Origin: Eledone cirrhosa
Lineage: Eukaryota
Length of the DNA: 64,000 bases
Direction of reading: 5' to 3'
NCBI GenBank assembly: GCA_964016885.1
Contig: OZ024757.1
Span: 2,418,001 to 2,482,000 of the forward strand
Below, one piece after another: positions 1-12,756 of this stretch (the first letter of the stretch is position 1; every line of letters starts with the position of its first letter). The notes under the pieces were generated by a model. The model did not search any database. It saw only the letters and a list, made by a program, of their open reading frames with translations, and was not told the origin of the DNA. The position numbers were made by a program, and so were the translations under genes.

Positions 1-1904
1 AATTGGAGCGTCATTAATGAAATCAACGATGCTGGGTTTAAAATCACCTCTGATCTCAACATCCTGGACCAGACTGAACCTCTAGCCCCTATTCCTCCCC
101 ACTTTACCCTGAAGGATCACAAATCCAATTTCCCTGAACAACCCCTCTATTCGGCTTATTAACCCTACGAAGTCCGATTTAGGTAGACTTAGTAAAAGGA
201 TTTTAGATAGAATTATACCTGAAATTAGAAGTTTGGCCCCTCTTGCACTGTGGAACAATTCTTTCGCGGTGATTGATTGGTCAACGGCATATGCAACAAG
301 GAACATTGCCGTTTTATCCAATTCGACATCAATAATTACTACTCCTCCATCACTTTACCACTTCTTAGAGCTACCAATTTCGCTAAAACACTCACGGTGG
401 TTAAGGATTTAGAAGTTGATGTCATCCTCAATGCCTGTAAGTCGGTGATTAATTTCGACGACTCTATTTGGATTAAAAAATCTAATAGTACCTCATTCGA
501 TGTGAGTATGGGCGCCAGCGATTCTGTGGAGGTTACTGATCTTATAGGCCTTTTCCTTCTCTTCTCTATCAAGGAAGAATTCCCCAACGTGGGCGGTGGT
601 TTGTACCGTGATGACGGTCTTTTGACCATGACAAAGTGCGGCCCACGTACTTACGACAGGTTCAGAAAAGAACTCACAGCCTTCTTTAAAGGCTTCAACC
701 TCTCCATACAGGTTGAGGCCAACCTCTCGGTCGTTAATTACCTCGACGTTACCCTCAATTTGTCGAATGGCTTGCACTACCCGCATAGAAAGCTGAATGA
801 TACGCTTAATCACATAAGTAAGTATTCTAGCCATTCTGCCAGCACAACCAAGAACCTGGTAAGAAACGTTTCTTTGAGGCTTTCCCGTCTATCTACAAAC
901 GAGCATACAATGAAGTTCTTGCTCGGAGTGGATTTGTCGATATGGTAGCATATACAGAGTACGAGAATAGACCTAGGAAAAATAGATCCCGATGCATTAC
1001 ATGATATAACCCACCATATAATATGGAGGTGGCCACACCATTAGCTGAGATCTTTCTCTCCCTTATTCCCCCAGCACATAAATATAGTAAAAAGTTTAAT
1101 AGAAATACCATTAAAATTTCTTATTCTACGACTTGCACATAACATCATAGCTTCAAATGTAGCTAAATTACCTAGCCGTAAGAACACGTGCAACCCTGTA
1201 GCTAGTATTAACTGTAATTCTAGTAATCTGGTTGACTGCCCCCTATCCGGGAAATGCCTCTCTAGTAACATTGTCTACAAATGTAAGGTTGAAACACCCA
1301 CGTCCCGTAGGGCCTACTAGAGTTAACCGCCAATAGATTCAAGCAGCGTCTTTACATGCATACCCATTCTTTTCTTAACCCTTTAAGAAGGAATATGACG
1401 TCACTTTCAGCTTATATCTGGAGTCTAAAGGACAACCACACCCAATATAAGTTACACTGGGAGATCCTAGCTAAGGCTAGATCGTATAACGGAAATAAAA
1501 TACCATGTGACCTCTGCGCTGCTGAGGCCCTGGAAATACTCTACGCCAAAGACCACATCTTAAACAAAAAATCTGAGGCAATTTCGGCTTGTAAACATAA
1601 ATTGCACAAAACTTTCCTGTATTACAGCCCCACATTATACCCTAACGGATAGTACGAACTATACGCGGATATTTTACGTCTTGATGTGGTAGCTAAGTAT
1701 ATGTTATGTTTATACCATGGGTTCTGCATGTGCGTGCGTGTTTTTTGTGTGTACATGCTTGTATTTGAATACCCATGACGAGTGTTTTCGCGTATGCTTG
1801 TGTATGTACGTATATGGATGCGTGTATGTATATATTTAGTTTCAATTACCTCTGTATTTTATTTACTTTATTCTTAACTCTGAAGCCGAGAATCATTCGG
1901 TTTA

Positions 1905-2125
1905 TAAATAGAATTTTAGTATACGACTTCAGTTATACCATTTACGTGGTTTTGTCTTTGAGTGTAATTGTTCTCCACGCTCCACATATGACGTATTATC
2001 TTCGTTTTTTCCATTCACCTAATAGAATATTAGTCTACGACTTCATTTATACAATAAACGTGGTTTTGTCTCTGCGTGTAATTGTTTTCACCGCACCAAA
2101 TAATGACGTATTATCCTCGTTTTCC
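1905..2125. repeat. Diverged direct duplication of about 116 bp in the 3' UTR of the Naiad-like element
   Basis: aatagaat(t/a)ttagt(a/c)tacgacttca...gacgtattatc occurs at about 1907 and 2021. Confidence 0.7.
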
Positions 2126-2220
2126 CGTTCTTTGCCAGGAAACGTTTCCACGAACCAAAGTATCGTCTTCCTGTCTTCCTTCGGTTGCAACGTTTTTTGA
2201 AATATTCACTTCTGCGTTCA

Positions 2221-2294
2221 CAGATTGACTTTTTTAGTTTCAGAAGATCCCGTTAAGAGTGAAAACAGCGATTCTTTGCTTAAACTTTAATCTG
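2221..2294 (+). ncRNA. Decayed type-I hammerhead ribozyme at the 3' end of the Naiad-like element
   Basis: Stem I agttt/aaact extended by cagattga/ttaatctg; core CAGAAGA (2241-2247, one change from CUGANGA); GAAA at 2261-2264; CUU triplet at 2279-2281. A better-preserved 3' half recurs at about 26053-26100. Confidence 0.55.
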
Positions 2295-2302
2295 TTATTC
2301 TA

Positions 2303-2374
<72 letters not shown>

Positions 2375-2377
<3 letters not shown>

Positions 2378-2995
2378 TAAGGTAATGAATTCTTTTACAA
2401 TGGAATCAGCTCGAATGAGGAAAATATCCCCTGAGCAGTGTATAAATTAATATGTAAGTGATGAAACACAGATACCAACACATCTGTATATATATTGCAA
2501 AAGAAACATTTAGCCAGATTGAAGTATACTAATTATTATACTACAGTTTGTCCATATCGATTTAAAATAATAAATCAACGGAGACGAACTGTATTGGCAA
2601 AAGGCCGTGATGTTTAGACACATTTAAATTTCAAAATCAAACCTGTTCCGTAGATAAGTTTAGACTTTAAGATCCAAATATGTTTCGAGTTAAATAAGTG
2701 TAGGAATATCATGTCCCGCTCTCCTCAGTAAACATCCAGAGACAAATTGATATGCTTCACTTCTAAATAATTTAAAAGACTGCGTGACGCACATGGCTTT
2801 ACAGTATCTAACTAGTCTCATAGCCGTACTGCTAGAAATAACAGTCGTATATATGAGGCGGTTTGCAGCTCAAACTGGGAGCAGTTAAAATAATTATAAT
2901 AATTAGTATACTTCAATCTGGCTAAATTTTTCTTTTGCAATATATATACAGATGTGTTGGTATCTGTGTTTCATCACTTACATATTAATTTATAT
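2375..2995 (-). mobile_element. Non-autonomous hammerhead-containing element with an inverted duplication of about 100 bp (retrozyme or PLE pseudo-LTR-like)
   Basis: 2441-2540 is the reverse complement of about 2895-2994 (one mismatch seen). It encloses the ribozyme at 2609-2736 and is flanked by (TA)n on both sides. Confidence 0.7.
2609..2736 (-). ncRNA. Type-I hammerhead ribozyme with intact core and extended stem III
   Basis: Minus strand: gatgttta-CUGAGGA-gag[..]ctc-GAAA-catatttgga[long hairpin]tttaaatgtG-UC-taaacatc. Perfect 8-bp stem I and GUC triplet; predicted cut between 2617 and 2616. Confidence 0.85.
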
Positions 2996-3256
2996 ATATA
3001 TATACATACATATACATACATACATGCATACGTACACACATGTATATATAATACACACACACGTACACACTCACGCACACACACAATATATATATACATA
3101 TATATATTGGTGTGTGAGTGTATCCCGGGTTGAATCGGGGGTAACCACAGAAAGTAAAGTACTCAATACATAGCAGAGTATATAATGTTTGATATAGAAA
3201 TGGCTTCTACAGGACTAGAACTGTTTCATTCGAAGGAAATCATAAATGTGTATGTG

Positions 3257-3315
<59 letters not shown>

Positions 3316-3414
3316 CGACTCATACACACCCAATCCATCCATGCCCATCACGTCAGGTGGTTGGTGAGTTACTGTAGTATTTTGGGTGTGTCTTGTAATG
3401 AATGAGAAGGTGGT

Positions 3415-4342
<928 letters not shown>

Positions 4343-4601
4343 TAGTTTAGCGAGGTTTTTTTTATAAGAAATCGTGTGTCGAAACAAATATTGTTATACT
4401 TGGGGAGGGTCATATTTGTGTAATAATATTGCCAGAATTAATAACAGAACACACTCACTGTTTGGTTGGTTTTCGCTTCTCGCTGTCTTTTATATCTGCG
4501 ATCTAACTTACTCGGTCCTCAATGTTGCCATTGACTGACCGACGGTCAAAAATAATACAGATACAATATAGACACAAACACATATATATAGTTTACATAA
4601 T

Positions 4602-4645
4602 TTACATAAATCTTTCGTTGCACATCTGCAACATCGTCAGTGGTG
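4602..4645 (-). ncRNA. Minimal type-I hammerhead ribozyme in the PLE 3' pseudo-LTR
   Basis: Minus strand: cacca-CUGACGA-u-gttgca-gatg-tgcaac-GAAA-gatt-UA-tgtaa. Perfect 6-bp stem II; stem I is eroded. Confidence 0.7.
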
Positions 4646-4873
4646 TTATATTTTTTCCTCCTGTTGTGTTGTATGTCTACGCCATTTTTTTTATTCAGTC
4701 TGTCTATATATTTATTTATTTATTTGCTTGTTTGTTTATTTTATTTTGTCTTCTTTGCGCATGCGTTTGCGTGTGTGTATAGTGTTGTGTTTGCTGGGTG
4801 ACTAGTGTGTGTTTATGTGCTTGTTGTTATTGTGCTTGTGTATGTATTTATTTATCTTATTTTATTTACTTAT

Positions 4874-6643
4874 TTATACTTCTCTTAGGTCAGTGTTGTT
4901 TGTTTGGGTGTTGTTGTTGTTCCACTCATTCTTTCTGTTTAGCTTTGGTCTTCTAATTTCTATTTCACTGGCCTCTCTGATTTGCCTATCTGCTGGGTCA
5001 TTCCTATGTTTAGATATTATTCTAATTTCTATGTTGTCTATGTTACCGTCATGTTGTTGTCTAGCATGTTCGTATAGTACTGACCCGTTTTTTCGTCCTT
5101 TTAGTTCCCCCCAGTGTTGGTCTATCCTTTCACCTATGCTACGAGCTGTCTCACCTATGTATGTTGTTGTCATGTTTCTGCAAGTACCCTCTGTACATCT
5201 TATGCTATAGACTACTTTTCTAGTTTTACAGTTTATCCGGGGGTTCACCTTACATATGATACATTTCCTATTGGTACAGTTGGTTTTCTTAAAAGGGTAG
5301 GTTTTGCTGATCAGGGATTTTATGGTGGTTCCTGGCTTTTCTACCACCTTTATTTTTAAGTGGGTCTTTCTCAGGGCCTTTCTACACTGGTTAACTAATT
5401 TCCCTCCAGGGGTGGCGTCCACAAACATGACACTCCGATATCTCTGGTTGTCGTACCATGATGTGGCCTTCCCTATCTTCTGTCTAGCCCTATCTAAGCT
5501 ATTCCATGATTTTCTCCTGTATAATGGGCAAATTCCTTTCATGTCCAGTTCTATGAGGGTCTTATACTTTTCCATGGCTCCTTCGTATACTCTGACTCTG
5601 TCTCTTTGGTTGTAGCCAGAGAACTGCATGCGGTTGATGAAGTGTTGGGTGTGTCTTTCCATTTCTGTTGGGTCGCACATGCTGGACACATTCTTCATCA
5701 CTCGTACCAAATCTGCGATCAGAATATTAAACTTAGCACTACTGGACATTGCTGAGTTTTTGAGTATCAGGTATTTGGAGGCCATGGGTTTAGCATAGTG
5801 TGAGTGGAGAATTTGGGCTCTCTCGTCTATAGTGTTAATCCAGAGATCTGTGTATAATACAGGTAGTCTATTGTTAGGGTGTTTGGAAGGGAAGTCGATA
5901 GTTACAGTTATACTCTGGTGTATGGAATTAGTTATCTGCTGGATGCTTTCCATCGTGCTACGTTCTAAATCAAACTTGTTAGTGCTCTCTAGTGGGGGTG
6001 TTCTTATAACTATATTGATATCGTCTACATAACGAGAGTACATGATGAGGTCTATGGAGCTTTCATTAAAGAGATCTTTAAGTCTCCTTTCCCACCATAC
6101 CATGAAAAGGTTGGCAACATCACCAGCTATGCTGACGCCGATGGCTGCTCCCTCATTTTGGGTGTAGATTTTCTCATTGAACTTAAATATGTGGCCCTTT
6201 AGGGTAGTTTTGATACTAGCCCCTATTGCATGTGCGACCATTTTTCTTACCTGATCAGTGTTTTGGGGGGTCCGTATAGCTTTGGTCCACCCAATCCACC
6301 TTCCTATGGGAGTCTTTTTAGCCATTGAGGTTATGGTGGGGGGTCTACCTCTTATAGGTCTACTAGGGCAGAAACATCTAAGGTCATGGCTGTCTAGGTA
6401 GTCAGTGTCGTAGGTAAGTCTAAGTAGGAGGCCCAGTTCGTCTGTGTCGACGTCGCAGAACTCCACCTCACTCTCAATGATCATCTCCACACATCTTTTC
6501 ACAGCAAAATCAATGTTAATGGATGGGTACAGTGACACCACATCCATGCTGTCTATTATACAGTTGGATAGGCTCCTGTTTTTGTTGCACTCACCGATTC
6601 TGCTGAGGAGGTCCTCTGTACTTTCACATACATCTGGGGACAT
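4874..6643 (-). CDS. Penelope-like reverse transcriptase plus GIY-YIG endonuclease (589 aa, N-terminally truncated)
   Basis: SMDVVSLYPSI, QNEGAAIG..A, YSRYVDDI; Cys-rich linker CTNRKCIICK..NCK; VVYSIRC..YIGETARSIGERIDQH, RQIREA, LNRKNEW. Confidence 0.9.
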   Translation of the reverse strand: MSPDVCESTEDLLSRIGECNKNRSLSNCIIDSMDVVSLYPSINIDFAVKRCVEMIIESEVEFCDVDTDELGLLLRLTYDTDYLDSHDLRCFCPSRPIRGRPPTITSMAKKTPIGRWIGWTKAIRTPQNTDQVRKMVAHAIGASIKTTLKGHIFKFNEKIYTQNEGAAIGVSIAGDVANLFMVWWERRLKDLFNESSIDLIMYSRYVDDINIVIRTPPLESTNKFDLERSTMESIQQITNSIHQSITVTIDFPSKHPNNRLPVLYTDLWINTIDERAQILHSHYAKPMASKYLILKNSAMSSSAKFNILIADLVRVMKNVSSMCDPTEMERHTQHFINRMQFSGYNQRDRVRVYEGAMEKYKTLIELDMKGICPLYRRKSWNSLDRARQKIGKATSWYDNQRYRSVMFVDATPGGKLVNQCRKALRKTHLKIKVVEKPGTTIKSLISKTYPFKKTNCTNRKCIICKVNPRINCKTRKVVYSIRCTEGTCRNMTTTYIGETARSIGERIDQHWGELKGRKNGSVLYEHARQQHDGNIDNIEIRIISKHRNDPADRQIREASEIEIRRPKLNRKNEWNNNNTQTNNTDLREV

Positions 6644-6832
6644 CTTGATTATGGGGCGTATAACAATTGAAAGGAAGTAGGAGATCCTGTAGTTGCTAGC
6701 TATATTAGCTCCGCATACGGGTCTTGTTGGTGGTCCTGTTGTCGGGTCGTCGACTGTATATATATATATATATACTGAATATATACATATATATTGTATA
6801 TATATATATAATTATATATAATATTATAATTT

Positions 6833-6881
6833 TATATTTTGTCTGATGAAAACACCTTTGAAATATGTATAATAAAATATA
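6833..6881 (+). ncRNA. Minimal type-I hammerhead ribozyme (family shared with 6990, 7218 and 25437)
   Basis: tatattttgt-CUGAUGA-aaa-cacc-ttt-GAAA-tatgta-UA-ataaaatata; 10-bp stem I with one G-U pair. Confidence 0.7.
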
Positions 6882-6989
6882 TATTTTGATAATGAGAATA
6901 TTTTCCATTTATTAACATTTTGAATAATATATATATATATATATATATACGATATTAACAAATGGAAACTATATTTATAAAACCATATT

Positions 6990-7054
6990 TATTTCATTAT
7001 ACATATTTCAAGGACACCAAGTTAAATTATGGTGTGCTTTCATCAGATAAAATA
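6990..7054 (-). ncRNA. Type-I hammerhead ribozyme (left arm of the palindrome)
   Basis: Minus strand: tattttat-CUGAUGA-aagcacacc..ggtgtcctt-GAAA-tatgta-UA-atgaaata. Confidence 0.75.
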
Positions 7055-7217
7055 TAATATAGATCAGTTTTATAAATAAATATTGACATACCCTTAAAAA
7101 ATGCAACCATTACTGTTGGAAGCTCCCGGACTCCCGGACTATCCGGGAGCTTCCAACAGTAATGGTTGCATTTTTTAAGGGTATGTCAATATTTATTTAT
7201 AAAACTGATCTATATTA

Positions 7218-7282
7218 TATTTTATCTGATGAAAGCACACCTTAAATTAACTTGGTGTCCTTGAAATATGTATAATGAAATA
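7218..7282 (+). ncRNA. Type-I hammerhead ribozyme (right arm of the palindrome)
   Basis: CTGATGA at 7226-7232; stem II aagcacacc/ggtgtcctt (8 of 9 paired); GAAA at 7263-7266; AUA triplet; stem I tattttat/atgaaata. Confidence 0.75.
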
Positions 7283-7435
7283 AATATGGTTTTATAAATA
7301 TAGTTTCCATTTGTTAATATCGTATTTTTATTCCAAATATTTGTTGAGTGCTTTATATCAGTCATAAACATATTTGCTTGTTGTATCCCAACAATTTAAA
7401 TAGAACTTTTATATATATATATATATATATATAAA

Positions 7436-7469
<34 letters not shown>

Positions 7470-7639
7470 GTGAGATAGTAGTGATACTGCTGGTATCACT
7501 ACTATCTTGTATAAGAGTAGGTCGGGTGTGATGGGTGGGCTGGTGTTAATATAGGGTGTCAGCCATATGGGGGGATGATGCCATCCCTAATTGGTGGTAA
7601 GGTAGAGCAGCTAGTAGCAGCAGCTACAGGTAGATAGTA

Positions 7640-7943
7640 CTACAACAACAACAGTAACAACAAGAACAACGACAACAGTAACAACAGCAACAGTAACAAC
7701 AACAGTAACAACAACAACAGTAACAACAACAGTAACAGTAACAACAACAGTAACAACAGTAACAACAACAGTAACAACAACAGTAACAACAACAGTAACA
7801 ACAACAGTAACAACAACAGTAACAACAGTAACAACAACAACAACAGTAAAAACAACAGTAACAACAGTAACAACAGTAACAACAACAACAACAGTAACAA
7901 CAACAGTAACAACAACAGTAACAACAACAACAGTAACAACAAC
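7640..7943. repeat. (CAA)n/(CAGTAA) compound microsatellite
   Basis: Read directly; source of the poly-L and poly-C/Y ORFs. Confidence 0.9.
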
Positions 7944-8159
7944 CGTAGGAACTCTGTAGTGACATCCGGCATTTATAGGGACATTTTAAAAGCTGGCAGG
8001 ACCAGCTCCTCTTCAGGTCTGAATACAATAGATCCCAAAGGGGGAGAGAGAGGGAGAGAGAGGAAGAAGCAATCCCAGTACTTCACTGGTACTTTTTTTA
8101 TCAACCCCGATTAGATGAAGGGCAAATTTCACTTGTGCGGGATTTAGACTGAAGAAGAT

Positions 8160-8382
8160 AGTAAGAGAGAGAGAGAGAGTGTGTGTGTGTGTGAGAGAGA
8201 GAGAAAGAGAGAGAGGGGGAGACAGAGTGTGTGAGAGAAAGAGGGAGAGAGAGGGGAGAGCGAGTGTGAGAAGACAGGGAGAGAGAGAGAGAGTGGGAGG
8301 GGAGTGTGTGAGAGGGAGAGGGAGAGAGAGAAAGAGAGGAGAGAGAGTGTGAGAGAGAGAGGGAGAGAGAGAGAGAGAGAGG

Positions 8383-8413
<31 letters not shown>

Positions 8414-8447
8414 TGTGAGAGCGAGAGTGTGTGAGAGAGAGAGAAAG

Positions 8448-8497
<50 letters not shown>

Positions 8498-8738
8498 GAG
8501 AGAGAGTGTGTGAGAAAAAGAGGGAGAGAGAGAAGGGAGAGTGTGAGAAAGACAGGCATAGAGGGGGGGGGGAGAAATACGGAGGGTGTGTGAGAGAGAG
8601 AGAGAGAGAGAGAAAGAGGGGGATAGAGAGTGTAGGAGAGAGAGGGAGAAAGGGAGAGAAAGAGACAGAGAGAGATGGAGAGAGAGAGAGAGAGGTGAAG
8701 AGAGAGAGTGTGAGAGAGAGTGAGGGAGAGAGAGAAAA
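8160..8738. repeat. GA-rich low-complexity tract
   Basis: Read directly from the sequence. Confidence 0.9.
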
Positions 8739-8739
8739 A

Positions 8740-10072
8740 GAATCGACCCAGTGCTTGACTGGTGCATATTTTATCGATCTCGAAAGATTGAAGAACAAAA
8801 TTGACTTCGGCGGGATTTGAAGAACTGAGATTTGAAGATCAGAGAACTGGAACGAATACCACTCTACCATTATATCTAACATTCTAACCACTCTACCATT
8901 CTATCTACCATTCTAACCACTCTACCATTCTATCTGACGTTCTAACCCCTCTACCATTCTATCTACCATTCTAACCACTCTACCATTCTATCTGACGTTC
9001 TAACCACTCTACCATTCTATCTGACGTTCTAACCACTCTACCATTCTATCTGACGTTCTAACCACTCTACCATTCTATCTAACGTTCTAACCACTCTACC
9101 ATTCTATCTGACGTTCTAACCACTCTACCATTCTATCTGACGTTCTAACCACTCTACCATTCTATCTGACGTTCTAACCACTATACCATTCTATCTGATG
9201 TTCTAACCACTCTACATTCTATCTGACGTTCTAACCACTCTACCATTCTATCAGACGTTCTAACCACTCTACTATTCTATCTGACGTTCTAACCACTTTA
9301 CCATTATGACGTTCTAACCACTCTACCATTCTATCTGATGTTCTAACCACTCTACATTCTATCTGACGTTCTAACTACTCTACCATTCTATCTGAAGTTC
9401 TAACCACGCTACCATTCTATCTAACGTTCTAACCACCCTACCATTCTATCTGACGTTCTAACCTCTCTACCATTCTATCTGACATTCTAACCATTCTATC
9501 TGACACCCTAACCACTCTACCATTCTATCTGACATTCTAACCTCTCTACCATTCTATCTGACGTTCTAACCACTCTACTATTCTATCTGACGTCCTAACC
9601 ACTCTACCATTCTATCCAACATTCTAACCACTCTACCATTATGACGTTCTAACCACTCTACCATTCTATCTGACGTTCTAACCACTCTACCATTATGACG
9701 TTCTAACCACTCTACCATTCTATCTTCGTCCTAACCACTCTACCATTCTATCTGACGTTCTAACGACTCTACCATTATGACGTTCTAACCACTCTACCAT
9801 TCTATCTGACATTCTAACCACTCTACCATTCTATCTAACGTTTTAACCACTCTACCATTCTATCTGATGTTCTAACCACTCTACCATTCTATCCAACATT
9901 CTAACCACTCTACCATTCTATCTGACGTTCTAACCACTCTACCATTTTATTTGACGTTCTAACGACTCTACCATTCAATTTGACGTTCTAACCACTCTAA
10001 CCATTCTATCTGACGTTCTAACCACTTTACCATTCTATCTGACGTTCTAACCACTCTACCAATTTACCGCCC
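8740..10072 (-). mobile_element. tRNA-head SINE whose head is expanded by a tandem array
   Basis: 8740-8860 is the reverse complement of the SINE body seen at 37824; the 5' end gggcggtaaattggtagagtgg lies at 10072-10051. Confidence 0.75.
8859..10060. repeat. 29-bp tandem array (ccactctaccattctatctgacgttctaa), about 41 copies
   Basis: Unit read directly; copy number estimated from length. Confidence 0.95.
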
Positions 10073-11054
10073 CTGTGTCAATATATCCGAGTATATAAAT
10101 ATAATTACGAAACTATCGGAATTGATATCCGTATAACCCCCGCTCGACCCATTACTTACTCAACGAGACATAAGATTTAAATGTTGGAATGCCTAAAATA
10201 ATATCGCAGAGTGCACTCAAGTTATTTGTAATAGAGACGTCTGCACGTGGATCATTGTATATTTTATACCAATAATTCGCAGACCAAGCTGTTACTTTCT
10301 GCGAGTATGGGACGATCAGACACGTGCAGCTGCATCTGGCATTCGCTGTATTTGTACCGTGCATCACTTCATCAGCGGGAGAGTCATTCCGAAACGCCAG
10401 TGAGTTTCCATGTCTGTCTTATGTATCAAGTTAGAATTGACTACTAGACTGATGTAGCGACAGAGTTACAGTAACATGTGACATCACGGCAGGAAGATGA
10501 ATGAGCAACTGTTGCTAAGAAATGTGTTTGGCGGAAATAAAAAAAATTGAATTCATAGCCAAAAGCTCTCAACCAGCGAAAAATCCGTCGGAGTACAAAA
10601 CTCCACATCTAAGCTGGTACAGTACTGGTCGTCGTTTAATAATAAATACACAACCAGCAAATTCTGGACAATGGAATTCTCATTAGCCAGCAGTCCTTCG
10701 GAAGATTACCAAAAATCGACCTTACTACTAAATTTTCGAGTCGGTGCCGGTATTCCACGGGTTGTATTCACTGCTTGTCGGTCAACAAACGACAGCAGCA
10801 GTGGCCGACTGTGTGTGTGTGTGTATACACACACACACACACACATATATATATGTATATGTACAGAGAGAGTAAGAGGACGGGGGGTAAATCGATATAA
10901 TTCCGACCGTGGTACCAAGCTAGTTGCCGCGGTCGGGATTATATCTCTCTCTACACCCACCCTGCCACTCCTCAGGAATTAAGTATTCCCATGTTTTGTG
11001 GTCTCTTCCGACTCAGCACCGCAGACTCTCTCACTCAGACTGTCTGTCTCTCGA

Positions 11055-11846
<792 letters not shown>

Positions 11847-12344
11847 CCGGCGCCAACCTCTTCAATAGCACAGTTTTACCTGCAATGTTATATGGCAGTG
11901 AAACTTGGGCTACAACGAAGAGAGAAGAGCAGAGGCTGGTAACGGCTGAAAGAGCCATGGAGAGATGAATGCTAGGAATCTCGTTGAGAGAGCACATCAG
12001 GAGTGAAGTCATCAGACAGAAGTCCGGCGTGAGGGACGTCATCACGGAATATATGCGCAGCAAGTTCAGATGGGCTGGACACGTCGCCCGGTTCACCGAT
12101 AATCGGTGGACCCGCGCAGGTGCTAAGTGGTACCCGCGCGAGCGGAAACGACCACTCGGAAGGCCTCTACGAGGGTGGAGTTACGATTTTAGGAATACGA
12201 TTAGGACTACATGGATGAGGAAAGCACGATCCAGAGTGAGTGAGAGGACGGGGGGAAAATAGATATAATTCCGACCGTGGTACCAAGCTGTGACCAGCGG
12301 CGCCGAATGGACGCCTGACAGACTGGTCGGTCAAGGTGATGAAG

Positions 12345-12348
<4 letters not shown>
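11847..12348 (+). mobile_element. 3' fragment of an RTE-clade LINE inserted in (TA)n
   Basis: [73 protein letters not shown]; one in-frame stop. Confidence 0.85.
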
Positions 12349-12429
<81 letters not shown>

Positions 12430-12554
12430 ATGTGTATGAAAACATTCAGGACCCCGACGGCTGAGCTTCGGCTGTTTCAACAGCTAAATCCAAGTACTCT
12501 GGTGAATAATGGTCTAACTGGTTTTTACTGCCTCGAATCTGATTCTATATATAT

Positions 12555-12648
<94 letters not shown>

Positions 12649-12756
12649 AGTCCATTCATACAGACATCTATTGGTAAAAATTTATAAAATTATAAAACCA
12701 GAAGAACATACAGATACATACATACATAAATACATGCAGACGTACATACATACATT

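Larger units (their letters stand above)
1..2306 (+). mobile_element. Decayed Penelope-like retroelement, Naiad-like: RT plus C-terminal GIY-YIG endonuclease, frameshifted; 5' end outside the window
   Basis: Manual translation gives TLKDHKSNF..NNPSIRLINPTKSDLGRLSKRILDRI (about 105-215). ORF 277-948 has FDINNYYSSI, FDVSMGASDSVEVTDLIG, GLYRDDGL and VNYLDVTLNL. Then CNSSNLVDCPLSGKCLSSNIVYKC..AY and ORF 1356-1652 with SLSAYIWSLK, WEILAKARSY, CDLC, LNKKSE..CKH. The 3' non-coding region ends at (TA)n. Confidence 0.85.
4343..6754 (-). mobile_element. 5'-truncated Penelope-like retroelement (probably Neptune-like) with a 3' pseudo-LTR
   Basis: Contains ORF 4874-6643 and a hammerhead at 4602-4645; bounded by the direct repeat tgta(ta)nctgaatatatacatatatattgtatata at 4298-4342 and 6755-6810. 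Confidence 0.85.
6947..7325. repeat. Near-perfect palindrome, arms of about 184 bp with an 11-bp spacer
   Basis: 6947-7130 is the reverse complement of 7142-7325; the spacer ctcccggacta repeats the end of the left arm. Confidence 0.95.

Noticed and set aside
1200-1652. Selenocysteine recoding, as reported for some Naiad elements
   Set aside because: The conserved Cys positions I read are TGT/TGC; the disruptions are frameshifts or TAG, not in-frame TGA.
4378-4400. cGAAAcaaatattgTT as a plus-strand hammerhead half
   Set aside because: There is no upstream CUGANGA, and it is antisense to the host PLE pseudo-LTR.
10290-10400. CTGATGA (minus strand, about 10369-10375) as a hammerhead
   Set aside because: No compatible stems I-III were found.
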